In this document: positions 22,601 to 37,400 of the stretch, piece after piece | Numbering within the stretch: position 1 is the first letter of the stretch | Layout of the letters: the number at the start of each line of letters is the position of its first letter | From: Balanoglossus misakiensis | Lineage: Eukaryota; Animalia; Hemichordata | DNA: 64,000 nucleotides | Reading direction: 5' to 3' | Assembly: GCA_040954595.2 (NCBI GenBank) | Contig: CM082586.2 | Location: 10,199,337-10,263,336 of the forward strand | The notes under the pieces: generated by a model | The model's database searches: none | Seen by the model: the letters and a program-made list of their open reading frames with translations, nothing else | Told to the model about the DNA's origin: nothing | Program-made: the position numbers and the translations under genes

Positions 22601-25600
22601 TTGGAAGCAACCATGGACATTGTACAACTATCCGTCGATCTACAAAGTCTAGTGGAAAACGTTCTTATGCGCATAGGCCTATCTATGTGTTATGCGCATC
22701 ACAACAGAAATCGCTAAATAAACGAGGCTGTATTTGGAAGCAACAATGAAATTTTACAACTATCCGTCGATCTACAGAGTCTAGTGGAAAAATGTCTCAT
22801 GCGCATAGGCCTATCATGTGTTCTGCGCCTCACAACAGAATTCGGTAAATAAACGAGGCTGTTTGGAAGCAACCATGGAAATTTTACAACTATCCGTCGA
22901 TCTACAGAGTCTAGTGGAAAACGTTATTATGCGCATAGGCCTATATATGTGTTCTGCGCATCACAACAGAATTTTGTAAACAAACGAGGCTGTGTTTGGA
23001 AGCAACCATGGACATTTTAGAACTAACTCTCGATCTACAGAGTCTATAGTGGAAAACTTTCTTATGCACATATGCCTATCTATGTGTTCTGCGCCTCACA
23101 ACAGAATTCGGTAAATAAACGAGGCTGTTTGGAAGCAACCATGGAAATTTTACAACTATCCGTCGATCTACAGAGTCTGGTGGAAAACTTTCTTATGCGC
23201 ATAGGCCTATTACGTGCTCTGCGCCTCACAACAGAATTCGGTAAATAAACGAGGCTGTTTGGAAGCAACCATGGAACTTTTAGAACTATCCGTCGATCTA
23301 CAGAGTCTAGTGGAAAAATGTCTTATGCGCATAGGCCTATCATGTGTTCTGTGCCTCACAACAGAAATCGGTAAATAAACCAGGCTGTTTGGAAGCAACC
23401 ATGGAAATTGTACAACTATCCGTCGATCTACAGAGTCTAGTGGAAAACGTTCTTATGCGCATAGGCCTATCTATGTGTTATGCGCATCACAACAGAAATC
23501 GGTAAATAAACGAGGCTGTATTTGGAAGCAACCATGAAATTTTACAACTATCCGTCGATCTACAGAGTCTGGTGGAAAACTTCCTTATGCGCATAGACCT
23601 ATTACGTGTTCTGCGCCTCACAACAGAATTCGGTAAATAAACGAGGCTGTTTGGAAGCAACCATGGACATTGTACAACTATCCGTCGATCTACAAAGTCT
23701 AGTGGAAAACGTTCTTATGCGCATAGGCCTATCTATGTGTTATGCGCATCACAACAGAAATCGCTAAATAAACGAGGCTGTATTTGGAAGCAACAATGAA
23801 ATTTTACAACTATCCGTCGATCTACAGAGTCTAGTGGAAAAATGTCTCATGCGCATAGGCCTATCATGTGTTCTGCGCCTCACAACAGAATTCGGTAAAT
23901 AAACGAGGCTGTTTGGAAGCAACCATGGAAATTTTACAACTATCCGTCGATCTACAGAGTCTAGTGGAAAACGTTATTATGCGCATAGGCCTATATATGT
24001 GTTCTGCGCATCACAACAGAATTTTGTAAACAAACGAGGCTGTGTTTGGAAGCAACCATGGACATTTTAGAACTAACTCTCGATCTACAGAGTCTATAGT
24101 GGAAAACTTTCTTATGCACATATGCCTATCTATGTGTTCTGCGCCTCACAACAGAATTCGGTAAATAAACGAGGCTGTTTGGAAGCAACCATGGAAATTT
24201 TACAACTATCCGTCGATCTACAGAGTCTAGTGGAAAACGTTATTATGCGCATAGGCCTATATATGTGTTCTGCGCATCACAACAGAATTTTGTAAACAAA
24301 CGAGGCTGTGTTTGGAAGCAACCATGGAAATTTTAGAACTATCTCTCGATCTACAGAGTCTAGTGGAAAACTTTATTATGCACATATGCCTATCTATGTG
24401 TTCTGCGCATCACAACAGAAATCGGTAAATAAACGAGGCTGTTTGGAAGCAACCATGGAAATTTTACAACTATCCGTCGATCTACAGAGTCTGGTGGAAA
24501 ACTTTCTTATGCGCATAGGCCTATTACGTGCTCTGCGCCTCACAACAGAATTCGGTAAATAAACGAGGCTGTTTGGAAGCAACCATGGAAATTTTAGAAC
24601 TATCCGTCGATCTACAGAGTCTAGTGGAAAAATGTCTTATGCGCATAGGCCTATCATGTGTTCTGTGCCTCACAACAGAAATCGGTAAATAAACGAGGCT
24701 GTTTGGAAGCAACCATGGAAATTGTACAACTATCCGTCGATCTACAGAGTCTGGTGGAAAACTTCCTTATGCGCATAGGCCTATCTATGTGTTATGCGCA
24801 TCACAACAGAAATCGGTAAATAAACGAGGCTGTATTTGGAAGCAACCATGAAATTTTACAACTATCCGTCGATCTACAGAGTCTGGTGGAAAACTTCCTT
24901 ATGCGCATAGACCTATTACGTGTTCTGCGCCTCACAACAGAATTCGGTAAATAAACGAGGCTGTTTGGAAGCAACCATGGACATTGTACAACTATCCGTC
25001 GATCTACAAAGTCTAGTGGAAAACGTTCTTATGCGCATAGGCCTATCTATGTGTTATGCGCATCACAACACAAATCGCTAAATAAACGAGGCTGTATTTG
25101 GAAGCAACCATGAAATTTTACAACTATCCGTCGATCTACAGAGTCTAGTGGAAAAATGTCTCATGCGCATAGGCCTATCATGTGTTCTGCGCCTCACAAC
25201 AGAAATCGGTAAATAAACGAGGCTGTTTGGAAGCAACCATGGAAATTTTACAGCTATCCGTCGATCTACAGAGTCTAGTGGAAACGTTCTTATGCGCATA
25301 GGCCTATATATGTGTTCTGCGCATCACAACAGAATTTTGTAAACAAACGAGGCTGTGTTTGGTAGCAACCATGGACATTTTAGAACTATCTCTCGATCTA
25401 CAGAGTCTATAGTGGAAAACTTTCTTATGCACATATGCCTATCTTTGTGTTCTGCGCCTCACAACAGAATTCGGTAAATAAACGAGGCTGTTTGGAAGCA
25501 ACCATGGAAATTTTACAACTATCCGTCGATCTACAGAGTCTAGTGGAAAACGTTATTATGCGCATAGGCCTATATATGTGTTCTGCGCATCACAACAGAA

Positions 25601-28444
25601 TTTTGTAAACAAACGAGGCTGTGTTTGGAAGCAACCATGGACATTTTAGAACTATCTCTCGATCTACAGAGTCTATAGTGGAAAACTTTCTTATGCACAT
25701 ATGCCTATCTATGTGTTCTGCGCCTCACAACAGAATTCGGTAAATAAACGAGGCTGTTTGGAAGCAACCATGGAAATTTTACAACTATCCGTCGATCTAC
25801 AGAGTCTAGTGGAAAACGTTATTATGCGCATAGGCCTATCTATGTGTTATGCGCATCACAACAGAAATCGGTAAATAAACGAGGCTGTATTTGGAAGCAA
25901 CCATGAAATTTTACAACTATCCGTCGATCTACAGAGTCTGGTGGAAAACTTCCTTATGCGCATAGACCTATTACGTGTTCTGCGCCTCACAACAGAATTC
26001 GGTAAATAAACGAGGCTGTTTGGAAGCAACCATGGACATTGTACAACTATCCGTCGATCTACACAGTCTAGTGGAAAACGTTCTTATGCGCATAGGCCTA
26101 TCTATGTGTTATGCGCATCACAACAGAAATCGCTAAATAAACGAGGCTGTATTTGGAAGCAACCATGAAATTTTACAACTATCCGTCGATCTACAGAGTC
26201 TAGTGGAAAAATGTCTCATGCGCATAGGCCTATCATGTGTTCTGCGCCTCACAACAGAAATCGGTAAATAAACGAGGCTGTTTGGAAGCAACCATGGAAA
26301 TTTTACAGCTATCCGTCGATCTACAGAGTCTAGTGGAAACGTTCTTATGCGCATAGGCCTATATATGTGTTCTGCGCATCACAACAGAATTTTGTAAACA
26401 AACGAGGCTGTGTTTGGTAGCAACCATGGACATTTTAGAACTATCTCTCGATCTACAGAGTCTATAGTGGAAAACTTTCTTATGCACATATGCCTATCTA
26501 TGTGTTCTGCGCCTCACAACAGAATTCGGTAAATAAACGAGGCTGTTTGGAAGCAACCATGGAAATTTTACAACTATCCGTCGATCTACAGAGTCTAGTG
26601 GAAAACGTTATTATGCGCATAGGCCTATATATGTGTTCTGCGCATCACAACAGAATTTTGTAAACAAACGAGGCTGTGTTTGGAAGCAACCATGGACATT
26701 TTAGAACTATCTCTCGATCTACAGAGTCTATAGTGGAAAACTTTCTTATGCACATATGCCTATCTATGTGTTCTGCGCCTCACAACAGAATTCGGTAAAT
26801 AAACGAGGCTGTTTGGAAGCAACCATGGAAATTTTACAACTATCCGTCGATCTACAGAGTCTAGTGGAAAACGTTATTATGCGCATAGGCCTATATATGT
26901 GTTCTGCGCATCACAACAGAATTTTGTAAACAAACGAGGCTGTGTTTGGAAGCAACCATGGAAATTTTAGAACTATCTCTCGATCTACAGAGTCTAGTGG
27001 AAAACTTTATTATGCACATATGCCTATCTATGTGTTCTGCGCATCACAACAGAAATCGGTAAATAAACGAGGCTGTTTGGAAGCAACCATGGAAATTTTA
27101 CAGCTATCCGTCGATCTACAGAGTCTAGTGGAAACGTTCTTATGCGCATAGGCCTATATATGTGTTCTGCGCATCACAACAGAATTTTGTAAACAAACGA
27201 GGCTGTGTTTGGTAGCAACCATGGACATTTTAGAACTATCTCTCGATCTACAGAGTCTATAGTGGAAAACTTTCTTATGCACATATGCCTATCTATGTGT
27301 TCTGCGCCTCACAACAGAATTCGGTAAATAAACGAGGCTGTTTGGAAGCAACCATGGAAATTTTACAACTATCCGTCGATCTACAGAGTCTAGTGGAAAA
27401 CGTTATTATGCGCATAGGCCTATATATGTGTTCTGCGCATCACAACAGAATTTTGTAAACAAACGAGGCTGTGTTTGGAAGCAACCATGGAAATTTTAGA
27501 ACTATCTCTCCATCTACAGAGTCTAGTGGAAAACTTTATTATGCACATATGCCTATCTATGTGTTCTGCGCATCACAACAGAAATCGGTAAATAAACGAG
27601 GCTGTTTGGAAGCAACCATGGAAATTTTACAACTATCCGTCGATCTACAGAGTCTGGTGGAAAACTTTCTTATGCGCATAGGCCTATTACGTGCTCTGCG
27701 CCTCACAACAGAATTCGGTAAATAAACGAGGCTGTTTGGAAGCAATCATGGAAATTTTAGAACTATCCGTCGATCTACAGAGTCTAGTGGGAAACTTTCT
27801 TATGCGCATAGGCATATGTATGTGTTCAGCGCATCACAACAGAATTTTATAAATGAACGAGGCTGTGTTTGGAAACAACCATGGAAATTTTACAACTATC
27901 CGTCGATCTACGGAGTCTGGTGGAAAACTTTCTTATGCGCATAGGCCTATCATGTGTTCTGCGCCTCACAACAGAAATCGGTAAATAAACGAGGCTGTTT
28001 GGAAGCAACCATGGAAATTGTACAACTATCCGTCGATCTACATAGTCTAGTGGAAAACGTTCTTATGCGCATAGGCCTATCTATGTGTTATGCGCATCAC
28101 AACAGAAATCGGTAAATAAACGAGGCTGTATTTGGAAGCAATCATGAAATTTTACAACTATCCGTCGATCTACAGAGTCTGGTGGAAAACTTCCTTATGC
28201 GCATAGACCTATTACGTGTTCTGCGCCTCACAACAGAATTCGGTAAATAAACGATGCTGTTTGGAAGCAACCATGGAAATTGTACAACTATCCGTCGATC
28301 TACAGAGTCTAGTGGAAAACGTTCTTATGCGCATAGGCCTATCTATGTGTTATGCGCATCACAACAGAAATCGGTAAATAAACGAGGCTGTGTTTGGAAG
28401 CAACCATGGACATTTTAGAACTATCTCTCGATCTACAGAGTCTA
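16700..28444. repeat. ~4.5 kb block duplicated at 7242 bp offset (16700-21202 and ~23940-28444)
   Basis: ORF pairs 17066/24308, 17836/25078, 18891/26133, 19700/26942 and 20229/27471. The rare variant CTCCATC is shared at 20269 and 27511. Confidence 0.88.
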
Positions 28445-31400
28445 GTGGAAACGTTCTTATGCGCATAGGCCTATATATGTGTTCTGCGCATCACAACAGA
28501 ATTTTGTGAACAAACGAGGCTGTGTTTGGAAGCAACCATGGACATTTTAGAACTATCTCTCGATCTACAGAGTCTATAGTGGAAAACTTTCTTATGCACA
28601 TATGCCTATCTATGTGTTCTGCGCCTCACAACAGAATTCGGTAAATAAACGAGGCTGTTTGGAAGCAACCATGGAAATTTTACAACTATCCGTCGATCTA
28701 CAGAGTCTAGTGGAAAACGTTATTATGCGCATAGGCCTATATATGTGTTCTGCGCATCACAACAGAATTTTGTAAACAAACGAGGCTGTGTTTGGAAGCA
28801 ACCATGGAAATTTTAGAACTATCTCTCGATCTACAGAGTCTAGTGGAAAACTTTATTATGCACATATGCCTATATATGTGTTCTGCGCATCACAACAGAA
28901 ATCGGTAAATAAACGAGGCTGTTTGGAAGCAACCATGGAAATTTTACAACTATCCGTCGATCTACAGAGTCTGGTGGAAAACTTTCTTATGCGCATAGGC
29001 CTATTACGTGCTCTGCGCCTCACAACAGAATTCGGTAAATAAACGAGGCTGTTTGGAAGCAACCATGGAAATTTTACAACTATCCGTCGATCTACAGAGT
29101 CTAGTGGAAAAATGTCTTATGCGCATAGGCCTATCATGTGTTCTGTGCCTCACAACAGAAATCGGTAAATAAACGAGGCTGTTTGGAAGCAACCATGGAA
29201 ATTGTACAACTATCCGTCGATCTACAGAGTCTAGTGGAAAACGTTCTTATGCGCATAGGCCTATCTATGTGTTATGCGCATCACAACAGAAATCGGTAAA
29301 TAAACGAGGCTGTATTTGGAAGCAACCATGGAAATTGTACAACTATCCATCGATCTACAGAGTCTATAGTGGAAAACTTTCTTATGCACATATGCCTATC
29401 TATGTGTTCTGCGCCTCACAACAGAAATCGGTAAATAAACGAGGCTGTTTAAAAGCAACCATGGAAATTTTACAGCTATCCGTCGATCTACAGAGTCTAG
29501 TGGAAACGTTCTTATGCGCATAGGCCTATATATGTGTTCTGCGCATCACAACAGAATTTTGTAAACAAACGAGGCTGTGTTTGGAAGCAACCATGGACAT
29601 TTTAGAACTATCTCTCGATCTACAGAGTCTATAGTGGAAAACTTTCTTATGCACATATGCCTATATATGTGTTCTGCGCATCACAACAGAATTTTGTAAA
29701 CAAACGAGGCTGTGTTTGGTAGCAACCATGGACATTTTAGAACTATCTCTCGATCTACAGAGTCTATAGTGGAAAACTTTCTTATGCACATATGCCTATC
29801 TATGTGTTCTGCGCCTCACAACAGAATTCGGTAAATAAACGAGGCTGTTTGGAAGCAACCATGGAAATTTTACAACTATCCGTCGATCTACAGAGTCTAG
29901 TGGAAAACGTTATTATGCGCATAGGCCTATATATGTGTTCTGCGCATCACAACAGAATTTTGTAAACAAACGAGGCTGTGTTTGGAAGCAACCATGGAAA
30001 TTTTAGAACTATCTCTCGATCTACAGAGTCTAGTGGAAAACTTTATTATGCACATATGCCTATCTATGTGTTCTGCGCATCACAACAGAAATCGGTAAAT
30101 AAACGAGGCTGTTTGGAAGCAACCATGGAAATTTTACAACTATCCGTCGATCTACAGAGTCTGGTGGAAAACTTTCTTATGCGCATAGGCCTATTACGTG
30201 CTCTGCGCCTCACAACAGAATTCGGTAAATAAACGAGGCTGTTTGGAAGCAACCATGGAAATTTTAGAACTATCCGTCGATCTACAGAGTCTAGTGGAAA
30301 AATGTCTTATGCGCATAGGCCTATCATGTGTTCTGTGCCTCACAACAGAAATCGGTAAATAAACGAGGCTGTTTGGAAGCAACCATGGAAATTGTACAAC
30401 TATCCGTCGATCTACAGAGTCTAGTGGAAAACGTTCTTATGCGCATAGGCCTATCTATGTGTTATGCGCATCACAACAGAAATCGGTAAATAAACGAGGC
30501 TGTATTTGGAAGCAACCATGAAATTTTACAACTATCCGTCGATCTACAGAGTCTGGTGGAAAACTTCCTTATGCGCATAGACCTATTACGTGTTCTGCGC
30601 CTCACAACAGAATTCGGTAAATAAACGAGGCTGTTTGGAAGCAACCATGGACATTGTACAACTATCCGTCGATCTACAAAGTCTAGTGGAAAACGTTCTT
30701 ATGCGCATAGGCCTATCTATGTGTTATGCGCATCACAACAGAAATCGCTAAATAAACGAGGCTGTATTTGGAAGCAACCATGAAATTTTACAACTATCCG
30801 TCGATCTACAGAGTCTAGTGGAAAAATGTCTCATGCGCATAGGCATATCATGTGTTCTGCGCCTCACAACAGAAATCGGTAAATAAACGAGGCTGTTTGG
30901 AAGCAACCATGGAAATTTTACAGCTATCCGTCGATCTACAGAGTCTAGTGGAAACGTTCTTATGCGCATAGGCCTATATATGTGTTCTGCGCATCACAAC
31001 AGAATTTTGTAAACAAACGAGGCTGTGTTTGGTAGCAACCATGGACATTTTAGAACTATCTCTCGATCTACAGAGTCTATAGTGGAAAACTTTCTTATGC
31101 ACATATGCCTATCTATGTGTTCTGCGCCTCACAACAGAATTCGGTAAATAAACGAGGCTGTTTGGAAGCAACCATGGAAATTTTACAACTATCCGTCGAT
31201 CTACAGAGTCTAGTGGAAAACGTTATTATGCGCATAGGCCTATATATGTGTTCTGCGCATCACAACAGAATTTTGTAAACAAACGAGGCTGTGTTTGGAA
31301 GCAGCCATGGACATTTTAGAACTATCTCTCGATCTACAGAGTCTATAGTGGAAAACTTTCTTATGCACATATGCCTATCTATGTGTTCTGCGCCTCACAA

Positions 31401-34400
31401 CAGAATTCGGTAAATAAACGAGGCTGTTTGGAAGCAACCATGGAAATTTTACAACTATCCGTCGATCTACAGAGTCTAGTGGAAAACGTTATTATGCGCA
31501 TAGGCCTATATATGTGTTCTGCGCATCACAACAGAATTTTGTAAACAAACGAGGCTGTGTTTGGAAGCAACCATGGAAATTTTAGAACTATCTCTCGATC
31601 TACAGAGTCTAGTGGAAAACTTTATTATGCACATATGCCTATCTATGTGTTCTGCGCATCACAACAGAAATCGGTAAATAAACGAGGCTGTTTGGAAGCA
31701 ACCATGGAAATTTTACAACTATCCGTCGATCTACAGAGTCTGGTGGAAAACTTTCTTATGCGCATAGGCCTATTACGTGCTCTGCGCCTCACAACAGAAT
31801 TCGGTAAATAAACGAGGCTGTTTGGAAGCAACCATGGAAATTTTAGAACTATCCGTCGATCTACAGAGTCTAGTGGAAAAATGTCTTATGCGCATAGGCC
31901 TATCATGTGTTCTGCGCCTCACAACAGAATTCGGTAAATAAACGAGGCTGTTTGGAAGCAACCATGGACATTGTACAACTATCCGTCGATCTACAAAGTC
32001 TAGTGGAAAACGTTCTTATGCGCATAGGCCTATCTATGTGTTATGCGCATCACAACAGAAATCGGTAAATAAACGAGGCTGTATTTGGAAGCAACCATGA
32101 AATTTTACAACTATCCGTCGATCTACAGAGTCTAGTGGAAAAATGTCTCATGCGCATAGGCCTATCATGTGTTCTGCGCCTCACAACAGAAATCGGTAAA
32201 TAAACGAGGCTGTTTGGAAGCAACCATGGAAATTTTACAGCTATCCGTCGATCTACAGAGTCTAGTGGAAACGTTCTTATGCGCATAGGCCTATATATGT
32301 GTTCTGCGCATCACAACAGAATTTTGTAAACAAACGAGGCTGTGTTTGGTAGCAACCATGGACATTTTAGAACTATCTCTCGATCTACAGAGTCTATAGT
32401 GGAAAACTTTCTTATGCACATATGCCTATCTATGTGTTCTGCGCCTCACAACAGAATTCGGTAAATAAACGAGGCTGTTTGGAAGCAACCATGGAAATTT
32501 TACAACTATCCGTCGATCTACAGAGTCTAGTGGAAAACGTTATTATGCGCATAGGCCTATATATGTGTTCTGCGCATCACAACAGAATTTTGTAAACAAA
32601 CGAGGCTGTGTTTGGAAGCAACCATGGACATTTTAGAACTATCTCTCGATCTACAGAGTCTATAGTGGAAAACTTTCTTATGCACATATGCCTATCTATG
32701 TGTTCTGCGCCTCACAACAGAATTCGGTAAATAAACGAGGCTGTTTGGAAGCAACCATGGAAATTTTACAACTATCCGTCGATCTACAGAGTCTAGTGGA
32801 AAACGTTATTATGCGCATAGGCCTATATATGTGTTCTGCGCATCACAACAGAATTTTGTAAACAAACGAGGCTGTGTTTGGAAGCAACCATGGAAATTTT
32901 AGAACTATCTCTCGATCTACAGAGTCTAGTGGAAAACTTTATTATGCACATATGCCTATCTATGTGTTCTGCGCATCACAACAGAAATCGGTAAATAAAC
33001 GAGGCTGTTTGGAAGCAACCATGGAAATTTTACAACTATCCGTCGATCTACAGAGTCTGTTGGAAAACTTTCTTATGCGCATAGGCCTATTACGTGCTCT
33101 GCGCCTCACAACAGAATTCGGTAAATAAACGAGGCTGTTTGGAAGCAACCATGGAAATTTTAGAACTATCCGTCGATCTACAGAGTCTAGTGGAAAAATG
33201 TCTTATGCGCATAGGCCTATCATGTGTTCTGCGCCTCACAACAGAAATCGGTAAATAAACGAGGCTGTTTGGAAGCAACCATGGAAATTGTACAACTATC
33301 CGTCGATCTACAGAGTCTAGTGGAAAACGTTCTTATGCGCATAGGCCTATCTATGTGTTATGCGCATCACAACAGAAATCGGTAAATAAACGAGGCTGTA
33401 TTTGGAAGCAACCATGAAATTTTACAACTATCCGTCGATCTACAGAGTCTGGTGGAAAACTTCCTTATGCGCATAGACCTATTACGTGTTCTGCGCCTCA
33501 CAACACAATTCGGTAAATAAACGAGGCTGTTTGGAAGCAACCATGGACATTGTACAACTATCCGTCGATCTACAAAGTCTAGTGGAAAACGTTCTTATGC
33601 GCATAGGCCTATCTATGTGTTATGCGCATCACAACAGAAATCGCTAAATAAACGAGGCTGTATTTGGAAGCAACCATGAAATTTTACAACTATCCGTCGA
33701 TCTACAGAGTCTAGTGGAAAAATGTCTCATGCGCATAGGCCTATCATGTGTTCTGCGCCTCACAACAGAAATCGGTAAATAAACGAGGCTGTTTGGAAGC
33801 AACCATGGAAATTGTATAGCTATCCGTCGATCTACAGAGTCTAGTGGAAACGTTCTTATGCGCATAGGCCTATATATGTGTTCTGCGCATCACAACAGAA
33901 TTTTGTAAACAAACGAGGCTGTGTTTGGTAGCAACCATGGACATTTTAGAACTATCTCTCGATCTACAGAGTCTATAGTGGAAAACTTTCTTATGCACAT
34001 ATGCCTATCTATGTGTTCTGCGCCTCACAACAGAATTCGGTAAATAAACGAGGCTGTTTGGAAGCAACCATGGAAATTTTACAACTATCCGTCGATCTAC
34101 AGAGTCTAGTGGAAAACGTTATTATGCGCATAGGCCTATATATGTGTTCTGCGCATCACAACAGAATTTTGTAAACAAACGAGGCTGTGTTTGGAAGCAA
34201 CCATGGACATTTTAGAACTATCTCTCGATCTACAGAGTCTATAGTGGAAAACTTTCTTATGCACATAGGCCTATCTATGTGTTCTGTGCCTCACAACAGA
34301 ATTCGGTAAATAAACGAGGCTGTTTGGAAGCAACCATGGAAATTTTACAACTATCCGTCGATCTACAGAGTCTAGTGGAAAACGTTCTTATGCGCATAGG

Positions 34401-37400
34401 CCTATATATGTGTTCTGCGCATCACAAAAGAGTTTTGTAAACAAACGAGGCTGTGTTTGAAAGCAACCATGGACATTTTAGAACTATCTCTCGATCTACA
34501 GAGTCTATAGTGGAAAACTTTCTTATGCACATAGGCCTATCTATGTGTTCTGTGCCTCACAACAGAATTCGGTAAATAAACGAGGCTGTTTGGAAGCAAC
34601 CATGGAAATTTTAGAACTATCCGTCGATCTACAGAGTCTAGTGGAAAACGTTCTTATGCGCATAGGCCTATATATGTTTCTGCGCATCACAACAGAATTT
34701 TGTAAACAAACGAGGCTGTGTTTGGAAGCAACCATGGAAATTTTAGAACTATCTCTCGATGTACAGAGTCTATAGTGGAAAACTTTCTTATGCACATAGG
34801 CCTATCTATGTGTTCTGTGCCTCACAACAGAATTCGGTAAATAAACGAGGCTGTTTGGAAGCAACCATGGAAATTTTACAACTATCCGTCGATCTACAGA
34901 GTCTAGTGGAAAACGTTCTTATGCGCATAGGCCTATATATGTGTTCTGCGCATCACAAAAGAGTTTTGTAAACAAACGAGGCTGTGTTTGAAAGCAACCA
35001 TGGACATTTTAGAACTATCTCTCGATCTACAGAGTCTATAGTGGAAAACTTTCTTATGCACATAGGCCTATGTATGTGTTCTGTGCCTCACAACAGAATT
35101 CGGTAAATAAACGAGGCTGTTTGGAAGCAACCATGGAAATTTTAGAACTATCCGTCGATCTACAGAGTCTAGTGGAAAACGTTCTTATGCGCATAGGCCT
35201 ATATATGTGTTCTGCGCATCACAACAGAATTTTGTAAACAAACGAGGCTGTGTTTGGAAGCAACCATGGAAATTTTAGAACTATCTCTCGATGTACAGAG
35301 TCTATAGTGGAAAACTTTCTTATGCACATATGCCTATCTATGTGTTCTGCGCCTCAAAACAGAATTCCGTAAATAAACGAGGCTGTTTGGAAGCAAACAT
35401 GGAAATTTTAGAACTAACTCTCGATCTACAGAGTATAGTGGAAAACGTTCATATGCGCATAGGCCTATCTATGTGTTCTGCGCATCACAACAGAATTTTG
35501 TAAACAAACCAGGCTTTGTTTGGAAGCAACCATGGACATTTTAGAACTATTCGTCGATCTACGGAGTCTAGTGGAAAACTTTCTTATGCGCATAGGCATA
35601 TGTATGTGTTCTACGCATCACAACAGAATTCGGTAAATAAACGAGGCTGTTTGGAAACAACCATGGAAATTTTTGAACTATCCGTTGATCTAAAGTTGAA
35701 AAGTTTTTTATGCGCATAGGCCTATCTATGTGTTCTGCGCCTCACAACAGAAATCGGTAAATAAACGAGGCTGTTTGGAAGCAACCATGGAAATTTTACA
35801 ACTATCTCTCGATCTACAGAGTCTATAGTGGAAAACTTTCTTATTCACATATGCCTATCTATGTGTTCTGCGCCTCAAAACAGAATTCCGCAAATAAACG
35901 AGGCTGTTTGGAAGCAAACATGGAAGTTTTAGAACTATCTCTCGATCTACAGTGTATAGTGGAAAACGTTCATATGCGCATAGGCCTATCTATGTGTTCT
36001 GCGCATCACAACAGAATTTTGTAAATAATCGAGGATGTGTTTGGAAGCAATCATGGAAATTTTAGAACTATCCGTCGATCTACAGAGTCTAGTGGAAACT
36101 TTCTTATGCGCATAGGCATATGTATGTGTTCAGCGCATAACAACAGAATTTTGTAAATGAACGAGGCTGTGTTTGGAAACAACCATGGAAATTTTACAAC
36201 TATCCGTCGATCTACGGAGTCTGGTGGAAAACTTTCTTATGCGCATAGGCCTATCATGTGTTCTGCGCCTCACAACAGAAATCGGTAAATAAACGAGGCT
36301 GTTTGGAAGCAACCATGGAAATTGTACAACTATCCGTCGATCTACAGAGTCTAGTGGAAACGTTCTTATGCGCATAGGCCTATATATGTGTTCTGCGCAT
36401 CACAACAGAATTTTGTAAACAAACGAGGCTGTGTTTGGTAGCAACCATGGACATTTTAGAACTATCTCTCGATCTACAGAGTCTATAGTGGAAAACTTTC
36501 TTATGCACATATGCCTATCTATGTGTTCTGCGCCTCACAACAGAATTCGGTAAATAAACGAGGCTGTTTGGAAGCAACCATGGAAATTTTACAACTATCC
36601 GTCGATCTACAGAGTCTAGTGGAAAACGTTATTATGCGCATAGGCCTATATATGTGTTCTGCGCATCACAACAGAATTTTGTAAACAAACGAGGCTGTGT
36701 TTGGAAGCAACCATGAAAGTTTACAACTATCCGTCGATCTACAGAGTCTAGTGGAAAAATGTCTCATGCGCATAGGCCTATCATGTGTTCTGCGCCTCAC
36801 AACAGAAATCGGTAAATAAACGAGGCTGTTTGGAAGCAACCATGGAAATTGTATAGCTATCCGTCGATCTACAGAGTCTAGTGGAAACGTTCTTATGCGC
36901 ATAGGCCTATATATGTGTTCTGCGCATCACAACAGAATTTTGTAAACAAACGAGGCTGTGTTTGGTAGCAACCATGGACATTTTAGAACTATCTCTCGAT
37001 CTACAGAGTCTATAGTGGAAAACTTTCTTATGCACATATGCCTATCTATGTGTTCTGCGCCTCACAACAGAATTCGGTAAATAAACGAGGCTGTTTGGAA
37101 GCAACCATGGAAATTTTACAACTATCCGTCGATCTACAGAGTCTAGTGGAAAACGTTAGTATGCGCATAGGCCTATATATGTGTTCTGCGCATCACAACA
37201 GAATTTTGTAAACAAACGAGGCTGTGTTTGGAAGCAACCATGGACATTTTAGAACTATCTCTCGATCTACAGAGTCTATAGTGGAAAACTTTCTTATGCA
37301 CATAGGCCTATCTATGTGTTCTGTGCCTCACAACAGAATTCGGTAAATAAACGAGGCTGTTTGGAAGCAACCATGGAAATTTTACAACTATCCGTCGATC

